DNA of 64,000 nucleotides from an uncultured Candidatus Micrarchaeota archaeon (lineage in GTDB: Archaea > Micrarchaeota > Micrarchaeia > Anstonellales > J096): the NCBI GenBank assembly GCA_938083015.1, contig CALKCX010000003.1, positions 14,793-78,792 on the forward strand. The letters are read 5' to 3'. Shown here piece by piece: positions 1-9,109 of this stretch (position 1 is the first letter of the stretch; every line of letters begins with the position of its first letter). The position numbers and the translations under genes are program-made. Below the pieces are notes generated by a model. The model saw nothing but the letters and a program-made list of their open reading frames with translations. It was not told where the DNA came from and did no database searches.

Positions 1-993
1 ATGGTAATTGTCTTAACTTAGCTGCAACTGTACCAGGTCTAGGAGTGAATTTCGATAGATTAACTACATCTGGTCTATGATTTTCTATAAATTTAAGTGT
101 TTGTTCAAAATCATCTTCTGTTTCTGTCGGATAACCAACTATGATATCGGTAACTACTGTAAACTCTTCACCGAATTTCTCTCTAAAGGCATTTTTCACA
201 TCTATCCAATCTTTTACAGTATGCGATCTATTCATATCTTTAACTAATTTCTCACTACCTGTTTGTACAGATAGATGAAAAAACTTATATATTCGCTTAT
301 CTTCATAGATCTTCAATAATTCATCTAACATATTTTTAAAATAATGTGGACTAGACATTCCTAATCTTATTCTAAAATCATATGGTAATGACAATACTGT
401 TGATAAAAGCTCGACAAGATTTACATTTATATCTTTACCATAACTTCCAAGATCTGTGCCAGTAAGTTCTAATTCTTTACATCCATCGTAGATTGCTGCG
501 TTTATCCATCTAATTATTTCCCCTATTCCAAGACTTAGATATTTTCTAGCTAGTTTTGTAAAACAAAAATGACAAGCAGATAGACAACCTTGTTGAATAG
601 GAATTCTAGCTATAGGGGGGCTAAATGATTTAGGTATATTTCCTCTTCTATCTAGAGAGTTTATCATAATCTTTTCTCCTTTAAGAGATGCTGCTATGGC
701 CTGATCTATCCTATTAATTGCCGATGTAGAAATGGCCGGTAAATTAAATTTTTCTACAATCTTTTTATTAGCAGTTAAACAACCAGCTAATACTAATTTT
801 TTATTTTGAGATTTTAACTGTTCTAATCTATGTATTATCTTTGCCTCAGTCGGTCCTTTGACTCCACAGCTATTTATTACAATTACATCGGCCTCTTCTT
901 CATTATCAACAACCTGGTGTTCTGTTACTTTCTTCATTATCTCTGTATCAGCTTGATTTAAAGTACAACCATAAGTTTCAAAATACACTTTCA
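1..993 (-). CDS. Radical-SAM tRNA methylthiotransferase, MiaB/MtaB (CDKAL1-like) family. Partial: the C-terminus runs off the window start.
   Basis: Hand translation of the reverse strand from the ATG at 991-993 gives MKVYFETYGCTLNQADTEIM...INSCGVKGP (MTTase N-terminal domain). It then gives the radical SAM motif CLSACHFC (CxxxCxxC) and a TRAM-like C-terminal part. No in-frame stop occurs before position 1. The ORF is absent from the six-frame track only because it is open-ended. Confidence 0.8.
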
Positions 994-1044
994 TACTTAA
1001 AACATAGTAAACGTTTTTTAAACTTTTATATAAATACTATTCAA

Positions 1045-2055
1045 ATGAAACTTTTAATTACTTTATCTCTTATGGGGTTTTCTATATTAATGCTTTTTCT
1101 AGCTTATTTAATTAATTCTCAATTAATAGTCATACCTTTGTTTTTACTATCTTTATCTGGATTAGTATTTACTGCTGACTTATTTGTAGATAAAGCTGCA
1201 AAGATTGGAAAATCCCTAGGCCTATCTAATTATCTTATAGGAGTATTTCTAATAGGATTCGGTACATCTACTCCTGAATTAGTAACATCAATTATAGCTT
1301 CGTTTAAAGGTAATTTTGAAATAGCTTATTTCAATGTTGTAGGATCAAATATAGCTAATATACTGTTAATACTAGCTATAACAATACTAATTATGAATAG
1401 TATTAAAGTAATTGTACAGACTAATCTACTTAGAACTGAAAGTCTATATTTATTTGCAAGTGCAATAATACCTATATTGCTGTTTTTAAAAATACCAACT
1501 CCTTCAATAGTTGGCATAATACCTATTATGATATTTTCCGTATATTTATATATAAACATCAAACATCAAGAGAATAATGATGGAAAAACTCAAACTTCTT
1601 ACACAGATTATATAATATTTTTCTTAAGTCTAATCGGTATTGTTATTACATCTGATTTTACTATAAATTATCTTAAACAGACTGCCCAAATATTAAATGT
1701 TGGCGTAGATATTATATCAATATTGGCACTAGCTGTAGGTACTTCAATACCCGAATTAGTTAGTTCAATTATATTAATTAGAAAGAACCCTGATAATATA
1801 GAAATAGCTGTCGGTAATATAATAGGTAGTAATATATTTAATTCTCTTATGATACTCGGTGTTGGAATGCTATCTTCGTATATGGCCGGTTATGAAAATA
1901 TAGATATAAAATCTAGTATAATAGACGTAAGTTGGTGGTTTCTTATTGTATCTACATTTGCCCTTATTCTGATCTATTTAGATAAAGAAATATACAAAGA
2001 AGATGGAATGATATTACTAATTTTATACATTGTGTTTTTGACGATGATAATATAG
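1045..2055 (+). CDS. Ca2+/cation antiporter, CaCA family (YrbG-like Na+/Ca2+ exchanger).
   Basis: Polytopic membrane protein with two alpha-repeat signatures, GTSTPELVTSIIA and GTSIPELVSSIIL, separated by a hydrophilic loop. This is the typical CaCA fold. Confidence 0.75.
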   Translation: MKLLITLSLMGFSILMLFLAYLINSQLIVIPLFLLSLSGLVFTADLFVDKAAKIGKSLGLSNYLIGVFLIGFGTSTPELVTSIIASFKGNFEIAYFNVVGSNIANILLILAITILIMNSIKVIVQTNLLRTESLYLFASAIIPILLFLKIPTPSIVGIIPIMIFSVYLYINIKHQENNDGKTQTSYTDYIIFFLSLIGIVITSDFTINYLKQTAQILNVGVDIISILALAVGTSIPELVSSIILIRKNPDNIEIAVGNIIGSNIFNSLMILGVGMLSSYMAGYENIDIKSSIIDVSWWFLIVSTFALILIYLDKEIYKEDGMILLILYIVFLTMII

Positions 2056-2059
2056 AAAA

Positions 2060-2072
2060 ATATTTAAAAGTA
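2060..2072 (+). promoter_or_regulatory. Putative TATA box (aaatatttaaaag) about 30 nt upstream of the rpl18e ATG. A leaderless transcript is likely.
   Basis: A/T-rich TATA-like element at the canonical archaeal distance from the start codon at 2097. Confidence 0.4.
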
Positions 2073-2096
2073 TACTTATGATAAAAATAGATCCCT

Positions 2097-2459
2097 ATGA
2101 AACATATAACATTTGAGAATCCCCTATGGTATCAGACTGTAAGATTATTGAAGAAGATGAAAAAACCATTCTGGAAAAGAGTATTAGAATTAGTAGATAG
2201 AAGTAGAAGATCTAGAATAGAAGTGAATATTTCTAAGATAAATAAATACGGTAAAGAGGGCAAAGTAATAGTTATACCAGGTAAATTACTAGGAGGTGAG
2301 ACTTTAAAACATAGGATAAAAATAATAGCTGTAGATGCTAGTAAAAAAGTTATAGATGAAATAAAATTAGCTGGTGGAGAATTCGTGTATTTAAGAGATT
2401 ATTTAAAAAATACTCCTGAAGATAATATAAAATACGCGGATATGATGATAATTAGGTGA
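2097..2459 (+). CDS. rpl18e: Ribosomal protein L18e.
   Basis: 120 aa. IEVNISKINKYGKEGKVIVIPGKLLGGETL...AGGEF matches the L18e consensus. It is the first gene of the conserved archaeal L18e-L13-S9-RpoN-...-S2 cluster. Confidence 0.85.
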   Translation: MKHITFENPLWYQTVRLLKKMKKPFWKRVLELVDRSRRSRIEVNISKINKYGKEGKVIVIPGKLLGGETLKHRIKIIAVDASKKVIDEIKLAGGEFVYLRDYLKNTPEDNIKYADMMIIR

Positions 2460-2463
2460 GAGA

Positions 2464-2883
2464 ATGAAGATAATAGATGCTACTGATCTTGTATTTGGAA
2501 GAGCTGCTTCTGTAATAGCTAAGATGTTATTAAAAGGAGAAGAGGTAACGGTAATCAATGCAGAAAAATTCGTATTGAATGGCAATCCTAATTACATATT
2601 GGAAAAATTTAAAACTAGAAGATCGTGGAAAAATAAGGCCAATCCAGAGAGGTCTCCACATTATTCAAGAGTTCCACATCTTTTAGTAAAGAGAATGATT
2701 AGGGGAATGTTACCAAGGAAGACTTTTACAGGTAGACAAGCTTATAGAAGATTGATGGTATATACTGGTAATCCAGAGAATTTACAAGGACAATCATTAG
2801 AAGATATGAAGATAAAAGATAAGGGAAAACCACATATTTATATATATGATTTATGTAAGAGATTGGGGTGGAAAGATGAGTAA
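2464..2883 (+). CDS. rpl13: Ribosomal protein L13.
   Basis: 139 aa. The N-terminus MKIIDATDLVFGRAASVIAKMLLKGEEVTVINAEK is typical of archaeal L13. The operon context supports the call. Confidence 0.85.
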   Translation: MKIIDATDLVFGRAASVIAKMLLKGEEVTVINAEKFVLNGNPNYILEKFKTRRSWKNKANPERSPHYSRVPHLLVKRMIRGMLPRKTFTGRQAYRRLMVYTGNPENLQGQSLEDMKIKDKGKPHIYIYDLCKRLGWKDE

Positions 2884-3304
2884 AACTAAGAGAAAGACTA
2901 AGAAAAAAGATATTAAGATAATTGCAAGTAGGGGGAAGAGAAAAAGAGCTATAGCTAGAGTATTCGTTAAAACTAAGGGAAAAGGTAATATAAAGATCAA
3001 TGGAGTTGATTGGAAAGTTTACTTCAATGCTCCATTTTATCAAGCTTATTTTAACAGTATAATCAATAGAGCTGAAAAATTGATAAAAAATTTAGATATT
3101 GATGTAAATGTAAATGGTGGAGGGATAGTTGGACAATTACAGGCAGTAACAACTGGTATAGCAAGGGCATTGATACAATTAGATTATGAATTAAAAGGTA
3201 AGGTATTTGAAGATAGTATATTAAAAGAAGATATTCGAAGAGTAGAACCTAAGAAAGATAGACGAAGAAAGGCAAGAGCTAAATTCCAGAAATCATATAG
3301 GTGA
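2876..3304 (+). CDS. rps9: Ribosomal protein S9. The track ORF starts at 2846, but the likely start is the ATG at 2876 (MSKTKRK...), which overlaps the rpl13 stop.
   Basis: The C-terminus ...RRRKARAKFQKSYR is the S9 signature basic tail. Operon position is conserved. Confidence 0.85.
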   Translation: MSKTKRKTKKKDIKIIASRGKRKRAIARVFVKTKGKGNIKINGVDWKVYFNAPFYQAYFNSIINRAEKLIKNLDIDVNVNGGGIVGQLQAVTTGIARALIQLDYELKGKVFEDSILKEDIRRVEPKKDRRRKARAKFQKSYR

Positions 3305-3308
3305 GTTT

Positions 3309-3521
3309 ATGAACAAATTCCCTATAAGATGTTTTACATGTGGTAAAGTAATAGGCCATCTTTATAAAGAGTATTCTTACAGAATAGCTAAAGGAGAAGA
3401 TAGGGGAAAAGTTTTAGATGATCTTGGTATAACAAGGTATTGTTGTAGAAGACACTTTTTAGGATTTGAAAATGTTGCCGATGATACTATATTGGTAAAC
3501 GAGTATGTTACTGATGTTTAG
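3309..3521 (+). CDS. rpoN: RNA polymerase subunit N (Rpo10/RPB10 homologue).
   Basis: 70 aa. MNKFPIRCFTCGKVIGHLYKEY...CCRRH is the zinc-binding CxxC...CC motif of RpoN. It follows rps9 as in other archaea. Confidence 0.85.
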   Translation: MNKFPIRCFTCGKVIGHLYKEYSYRIAKGEDRGKVLDDLGITRYCCRRHFLGFENVADDTILVNEYVTDV

Positions 3522-3531
3522 GTGAATTGAT

Positions 3532-4125
3532 ATGCTAGTAAGTGAAGAAGTGTATATTGAACACGCTGTCCACATAGGAGGTGCTCAAAAATTAGGCCAT
3601 ATTAATCCTTTTATTGCTAAGAGAAGAAAAGACGGTGTTTACATATTAGATATAGAAAAAATAGATGAGGCATTAAAAAGAGTAATAAATAGAATAGCTT
3701 CAATAGAACCTTCTAAACTTTTAATATTGCCTTCAAGATACTATGGTAAGATAGCTGCTAGTAAATTCTCTAAACTATTCCCAGAGGTCAAATTGATTAC
3801 AGATAGATACATACCTGGCTCTCTAACTAATCCAAATGTACAATATTATATTGAACCAGATCTAATATTGGTATGCGATCCTAATAGTGAAGGAGTTGCT
3901 ATAAAAGATGCTAACAGAATAGGAATACCTGTAATTGGTCTAGTTGATACAGATACTGTAATAGATGGACTTGAAGATTTTGTACCTATGAATAACAGAG
4001 GTAGAAAGAGTTTAGCATTATTCTTCTGGTTATTAGCCAGAGAGATGTATATGAAACAAGGTAGAATAAAATCTTATGATGAATTTAAAATACCAATAAG
4101 TTATTTTGAAAAGCTTGAAGATTAA
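3532..4125 (+). CDS. rps2: Ribosomal protein S2.
   Basis: 197 aa. HAVHIGGAQKLGHINPFI...GVYILDIEKIDEALK is a conserved S2 N-terminal block. In other archaea RpoK and enolase sit between rpoN and rps2; they are absent here. Confidence 0.85.
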   Translation: MLVSEEVYIEHAVHIGGAQKLGHINPFIAKRRKDGVYILDIEKIDEALKRVINRIASIEPSKLLILPSRYYGKIAASKFSKLFPEVKLITDRYIPGSLTNPNVQYYIEPDLILVCDPNSEGVAIKDANRIGIPVIGLVDTDTVIDGLEDFVPMNNRGRKSLALFFWLLAREMYMKQGRIKSYDEFKIPISYFEKLED

Positions 4126-4130
4126 TATTT

Positions 4131-5969
4131 ATGCTATTTGAAGAGATAAAAGATGAATTAAAAACTTTAATTGGAGATAAGTTTAAGATAAAGGATTACA
4201 TTACAGGAATATATGTGTATTTAGACGAATTTAAAGAGATCGATCAAAATAAATTGATAGAGATAATAAAGCGATATAAAAAGAGAATATTTATAAGATT
4301 CTCAAATAGATTACAGCAAGACGTTACAGATAAGATGATAAGAGAGATGTTGAAGACAATTCAAATAGATGATATTTTATTTTCAAATGTATTTGGTGAA
4401 GTTTATATTAAAGTCAAATATCTAAACATATCCGAATTGATTGAAAAATATGGAAAAAATATATTTTTATCAACAGGCTGGTATCCTATATTTGAAAGAT
4501 CTCCAAGTATAGATTCAGATTTTGCTAAGAGTATGTTTAAGAATAAATATGGAAGAGATGTTGAAAAGATGTTAAAAAGAGTAGGTACTAAGATGGCAGA
4601 ACGTATAGATTCAATATCTTATGTAACATTGACGATGTTAGGAGGATTTCAAGAAGTTGGTAGAACTAGTATGCTTTTAGAGACAAAACATTCTAAATTC
4701 TTATTAGATGCTGGAATTCATCCTGCTCCCCCAAGTCCCCAAGATGAATTACCTATGTTTGAACTATTAGGTTCTTTAAACGATCTAGACGGTATAATAG
4801 TTTCACATGCCCATACTGATCACGTAGCTGCTATTCCATATTTATATAAAATGGGCTATGATGGCCCAATATATATGACACCTCCTACTCTCGAATTGGC
4901 CGTATTATTACAAATGGATTATCTAAATCTAGCTGAAAAAGGAGACAATAGAGATTTTCTATACTCTATTAAGGATATAAAAAATATGTTAGATCATGCT
5001 ATATTACTTGATTATGGACAGACTACGGATGTATCTAAAGATGTAAAATTAACTTTTTACAATGCTGGCCATATCTTAGGCAGTGCATCGATACATTTAA
5101 ATATAGCTGATAAGTTTGTAATGATATATTCTGGTGATATAAAATACGGTCCTACGCAATTGTTTGACCCTGCTTATGATAAATACCCTATAGCTAATAC
5201 ATTAATAGTAGAATCTACATACGGTAACAAAGTATTACCATCTAGAGATCAAGCAGAAAGTATACTTATAAATAAGATTAAAGAAGTATTAGATAGAAAG
5301 GGCAAAGTATTAATACCTGCATTTGCAATAGGTAGAAGTCAAGAGATAATGGTCACATTATATAGATATGCTAATCAAGATTGGAATATTCCAATATATA
5401 TAGATGGAATGATAAAAGAGGCCTCATCTTTACATAGTCAATATTTAGAATATCTTCACGAAGATATACGTCGAATGATCTTAGATAATAGGTCGCCTTT
5501 TGAATGGGAATACTTGAAGGTCGTAAATGGTAAATCAAAAGATGAAATTGTAAAAGAACCATGTATTATTATAGCTACTGCAGGTATGATGAATGGGGGC
5601 CCTATATTAGAATATTTAAAGATGCTAGCTGATGATGAAAAATCTGCTTTAATATTTGTAGGTTATCAATCTCCTGGAACCTTGGGAAATAGAATACAAG
5701 GAGGAAGTAGGAAGGTATTGCTAAAAGATAATGGTGATTATAAAGAATATGATTTAAAACTAGAAGTAATGACAATCGAAGGATTTTCTGGGCATAGTGA
5801 TATGAATCAACTTTTAGAATGGATAAAATCTATAAAAAATCCTCCTAGAAAAGTTTATACTATGCATGGAGATGCGAATACTACTATAGAGTTTGCCAGA
5901 ACTATAAAGCAATTATTGAAGATTAATACAGATGCTCCTTTAAATATGGAGAGAAGAAGATTAAGATGA
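4131..5969 (+). CDS. aCPSF1 / FttA: KH-domain plus metallo-beta-lactamase plus beta-CASP RNase (transcription termination / RNA processing factor).
   Basis: 612 aa. N-terminal KH-like region, MBL motif VSHAHTDHVAAIPYL, downstream beta-CASP His/Asp blocks, and the C-terminal GHSD motif. Confidence 0.85.
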   Translation: MLFEEIKDELKTLIGDKFKIKDYITGIYVYLDEFKEIDQNKLIEIIKRYKKRIFIRFSNRLQQDVTDKMIREMLKTIQIDDILFSNVFGEVYIKVKYLNISELIEKYGKNIFLSTGWYPIFERSPSIDSDFAKSMFKNKYGRDVEKMLKRVGTKMAERIDSISYVTLTMLGGFQEVGRTSMLLETKHSKFLLDAGIHPAPPSPQDELPMFELLGSLNDLDGIIVSHAHTDHVAAIPYLYKMGYDGPIYMTPPTLELAVLLQMDYLNLAEKGDNRDFLYSIKDIKNMLDHAILLDYGQTTDVSKDVKLTFYNAGHILGSASIHLNIADKFVMIYSGDIKYGPTQLFDPAYDKYPIANTLIVESTYGNKVLPSRDQAESILINKIKEVLDRKGKVLIPAFAIGRSQEIMVTLYRYANQDWNIPIYIDGMIKEASSLHSQYLEYLHEDIRRMILDNRSPFEWEYLKVVNGKSKDEIVKEPCIIIATAGMMNGGPILEYLKMLADDEKSALIFVGYQSPGTLGNRIQGGSRKVLLKDNGDYKEYDLKLEVMTIEGFSGHSDMNQLLEWIKSIKNPPRKVYTMHGDANTTIEFARTIKQLLKINTDAPLNMERRRLR

Positions 5970-6694
5970 AACCTTTAATTATATACAGCTCAAAGAACAT
6001 CGCTAGTAAAACTCTAGCAGAACAATTAGATGGTAATATAGATAGTTTAGATGTTAACGACGATATTGTTAGATTTGATCCACCTAAAACTAACCACGAT
6101 TATTATATAGTTTTAAGTTCACACACATCCAGTTCAGGCATACCTAGTGCAACTGTACATGTACCTGGTAATTGGGGAAAAGCAGAATTGGGGGGAGAAG
6201 ATAGTAAATTATCGATAAGTTATCCGTCAAAGATGTTAGAAATATTGAAAGGTTATTCTTTATTAGGAGATAGATATGAAATAACGTTTGAAGTAGATCA
6301 TCACGGTCCTACATTTGATAAACCTGTAATGTTTGTCGAACTAGGTAGTGATGAAAGGGGATGGAAAGATAAAGAAGCCGCTAAGATAATTGTAAAATCG
6401 GTATTAAATGCTATAGATAAAAATGATCAATACGATGTGTATTTTGGTATAGACGGTACGCATTATGTGCCGAAACTAACTAAGTATGCTTTAGAAAACA
6501 ATGTTACATATTCACATCTATTAGCTAGATATCAAGAAGAAGGATTTAGAGAAGAGATGTTTATACAGGCCATAGAAAAAACAATAGAAACAGTAGATGG
6601 TATATTATTGGCCAAAAAAGGAGTAGATGGGAAGAAGAAAGAGTTTGTAAAAAAATTTGCAGAAAAATACGGAATAGAATTAAAAGTTATCTAA
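5966..6694 (+). CDS. dtdA: D-aminoacyl-tRNA deacylase, archaeal type (DtdA).
   Basis: Motifs TVHVPGNWGKAELGG, VDHHGPT, FVELGSDERGW and GIDGTHYVPKLTKYALE align with the archaeal DtdA family blocks, recalled from memory. The ATGA overlap with aCPSF1 indicates co-transcription. Confidence 0.75.
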   Translation: MKPLIIYSSKNIASKTLAEQLDGNIDSLDVNDDIVRFDPPKTNHDYYIVLSSHTSSSGIPSATVHVPGNWGKAELGGEDSKLSISYPSKMLEILKGYSLLGDRYEITFEVDHHGPTFDKPVMFVELGSDERGWKDKEAAKIIVKSVLNAIDKNDQYDVYFGIDGTHYVPKLTKYALENNVTYSHLLARYQEEGFREEMFIQAIEKTIETVDGILLAKKGVDGKKKEFVKKFAEKYGIELKVI

Positions 6695-8643
6695 TTGCTT
6701 ACTAAAGAATAAGCTCCATCTTCTCCAGTTCTAGATTCATATATTTCTCCTTGATTTTTTAATTTAGTCAATATCTCTTCTAATTCTCTTTCATCAATAT
6801 CTAACTCTTTAGCTCTTTCTCTTATCTTTCTTTTATAAGCTATTCCATCGGTATGGACCAATTCACTAATTATATCTAACACTAGGTTTATCTTTTCCAT
6901 CTTACTACGCGTCACTCCCCCTGTAACTATATCTACACTTATCTCTCCTGTTTCTGGATCTCTCATAACAGTATCTATCATCTTACTTACAAGATCTGTA
7001 CTTATCTCTACATCTTCTCTCTCTACTCTATTAGAAAGTCTAAACTTAGCATGAGCTTCTGCTAATCTTATCAGACCTTCTAAATATCTTGGAGTAATTG
7101 TAACATTACCACTAGACGCTCCTTTCCTTCTCATATCTACATAAAAATCCTGTATTAGTTTTACTGCTTCATCTGTAAGTTCAGGTGCGTGTTTTCTAGC
7201 ATAACTTATATATTTTCTAAGCAAATTCCTATCAGGTTCTAGATTTCCATATTCTTTATGAAGAGATAGTATTGCTCTTGCCAATCTCTCATCTTTTTCC
7301 TCGTTTACAGTATCGACTATCGGGAATATTAAATCAAATCTACTTAATAAAGCTGGTGGTATATTGAATTGATCTACTATTTTCTTTCTAATACTAAATC
7401 TACCGAATTTAGGATTGGCAGCTGCTAATATTGTAGTATCGGCCATTAACTTTGCAACAATACCTGCTTTAGCTATTGACACAGTACCAGATTCCATTAC
7501 TTCGTGTAAAGCACTTTTTTCATCATCATCTAATTTATCAAATTCATCTATAGTCACCATACCTCCAGATGCTAATACTACTGCTCCTGCTTTAAGAGTC
7601 CACCCTACGTATTCATCTTTTTCTACAGTAGCTGTTAATCCTACACCTGATGCTGATTTACCACTAACATAGATTGCCTTAGGAGATATTGAAGCTACTT
7701 GTTGAAGAATTCTGGATTTAGCTATACCAGGATCACCGATTAATAAAATATGTATATTAGATCTAAGTCTTGTACCTGCTTTAGTTACTTTTTTATTTCC
7801 TCCAATTAGTTGTAATACAATTGCCTTTTTTATATCTTCATACCCATATATATCTGGGAATACCATATTTGCGAATTTATCAAGAGCATTATGTTGTTTA
7901 CTCAATCTCTCTATTTCTTCTTTGTCCTTATCAGTAAGATTTATAGAGTTAAAATCTACTTGAGTTTTTCTTATACCTTTTATATATACGAGTTTTGATA
8001 ATCTATTTTCCTTAATATGATTCTGAACAAGACTTAATATACCTGTTATTTCAACTACTTCACCAGGCAATATCGAGTTTATAAAAGTACCTGTAAGAAT
8101 ACATTTTATCTTAGGAGCTGGTACACCAGGTTCTGTTCTTTCTATAGGTTCTTGCACATCTAAGTATTGTATATCTTTCTTAGTCGAATCTATAAGATCT
8201 ATCTTTTTACTATTGCAATAAGGACATTTAGAAGGGAATTTTTGATTAGCTGTTATCATAAAAGTCCGATTACAGCTTTTACACATATAATTGTTTATAT
8301 GAACTATTGGTTCTATCTCTGATCTTCTAACTACTAATCCATAAAATGAAATTAACTTATTTTCATATTTACTACCTATGTCTTTTATCATTATAGGTGG
8401 TAACATTCCTGTAACTCTTATATCTATCTCTCTTCCCTCTAATCCTAATGTTATAAATCTTTCATAAATCTTGGATTTTAATGTATCTAAAAATTGATTT
8501 GGACTATTCTTAAGAGTCTCTGCCAATATTTGATCAAATGATAATAATTCGCTATAATCAATTTCTAGTATTCCTGTAGAGTATACTTGATAAATATCAA
8601 TTTTATTATTTATATAAAGATCTAATGAATCGATGTTTATCAT
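6691..8643 (-). CDS. mcm: MCM replicative helicase.
   Basis: 650 aa. C4 zinc finger CKSCN...CPYCNSKK. Walker A IGDPGIAKSRILQQV. Walker B DEFDKLDDDEKSALHEVMESGTVSIAKAG. Arginine finger region and C-terminal wH. It is shorter than most archaeal MCMs (about 690 aa). Confidence 0.9.
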   Translation of the reverse strand: MINIDSLDLYINNKIDIYQVYSTGILEIDYSELLSFDQILAETLKNSPNQFLDTLKSKIYERFITLGLEGREIDIRVTGMLPPIMIKDIGSKYENKLISFYGLVVRRSEIEPIVHINNYMCKSCNRTFMITANQKFPSKCPYCNSKKIDLIDSTKKDIQYLDVQEPIERTEPGVPAPKIKCILTGTFINSILPGEVVEITGILSLVQNHIKENRLSKLVYIKGIRKTQVDFNSINLTDKDKEEIERLSKQHNALDKFANMVFPDIYGYEDIKKAIVLQLIGGNKKVTKAGTRLRSNIHILLIGDPGIAKSRILQQVASISPKAIYVSGKSASGVGLTATVEKDEYVGWTLKAGAVVLASGGMVTIDEFDKLDDDEKSALHEVMESGTVSIAKAGIVAKLMADTTILAAANPKFGRFSIRKKIVDQFNIPPALLSRFDLIFPIVDTVNEEKDERLARAILSLHKEYGNLEPDRNLLRKYISYARKHAPELTDEAVKLIQDFYVDMRRKGASSGNVTITPRYLEGLIRLAEAHAKFRLSNRVEREDVEISTDLVSKMIDTVMRDPETGEISVDIVTGGVTRSKMEKINLVLDIISELVHTDGIAYKRKIRERAKELDIDERELEEILTKLKNQGEIYESRTGEDGAYSLVSN

Positions 8644-8667
8644 AATCTTTTAATATTTTGAAAGTTT

Positions 8668-8982
8668 TTAAACAGTTCTTGATATTCTAAAAAACAAAAG
8701 TATTATTAACATTAGTATTATCAATATTATTGAATATTTTAACAGCATCTTAAGTTCTTTATCCATATCTTTAATCTCTGGTCTCTTAGGAGGTCTAATA
8801 GGTATAGGTTTCTCTCTTTCCATAGTTGTTTTCTGAGCAATATAAGGTTCACACTTATGGCCATAAGTATATTCATCTATCGTAGGAGTAATATGTCTAG
8901 AACAATACCATTTATTACAATATGGACATTGATATTCGCCTTCTAATCCACATTTTTCACAAGTTTTTTCTAAATCTTCCAC
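8668..8982 (-). CDS. Small Cys/His zinc-ribbon protein (AN1-like spacing) with a C-terminal transmembrane tail anchor. Function unknown.
   Basis: CEKCGLEGEYQCPYCNKWYCSRH...GHKC, followed by a Pro/Lys-rich linker and the hydrophobic segment YSIILIILMLIILLFF. Confidence 0.4.
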   Translation of the reverse strand: MEDLEKTCEKCGLEGEYQCPYCNKWYCSRHITPTIDEYTYGHKCEPYIAQKTTMEREKPIPIRPPKRPEIKDMDKELKMLLKYSIILIILMLIILLFFRISRTV

Positions 8983-9109
8983 ATTGTATATATTGAAAAT
9001 ATTTTTAAAAATCAGAGCTCCAGTTTGTCATCATCAAATCAGCAAACCTGTGTATCATCCCTTTTTATAAATAATTAATCTTTTAAAAAATCTAACTCTA
9101 ATATATAGC

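Noticed and set aside
1326-1562. Short antisense ORFs from the six-frame track embedded in well-supported genes. Examples: 1326-1562, 2403-2585, 2726-3043, 5371-5562, 7415-7672, 9287-9526, 10564-10782, 12798-13100, 13572-14027, 14407-14592, 19203-20097, 21841-22041, 22557-22763, 23016-23225, 25302-25496, 29359-29568, 30814-31023, 33216-33479, 34336-34536, 37326-37538, 40606-40806, 41478-41678, 42173-42519, 43439-43753, 44293-44520, 44972-45172, 47222-48225, 51607-51906, 52113-53186, 56291-56557, 58808-59116, 61345-61596, 63416-63692.
   Set aside because: Each lies wholly inside, and antisense to, or out of frame with, a long ORF that carries clear family motifs. Their products are low-complexity Ser/Ile/Leu-rich strings typical of the reverse strand of AT-rich coding DNA. 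No independent promoter or conservation argument exists.
9008-9062. A possible second C/D box sRNA on the minus strand in the spacer between the Zn-ribbon gene and the class I aaRS gene.
   Set aside because: The first box reads GGAUGAUA rather than RUGAUGA. The D'-C' spacer is only 2 nt and the second guide would be 15 nt. This does not meet the canonical archaeal geometry shown by the sRNA at 32630-32688. It is recorded within the finding at 8668-9109 rather than called as a feature.
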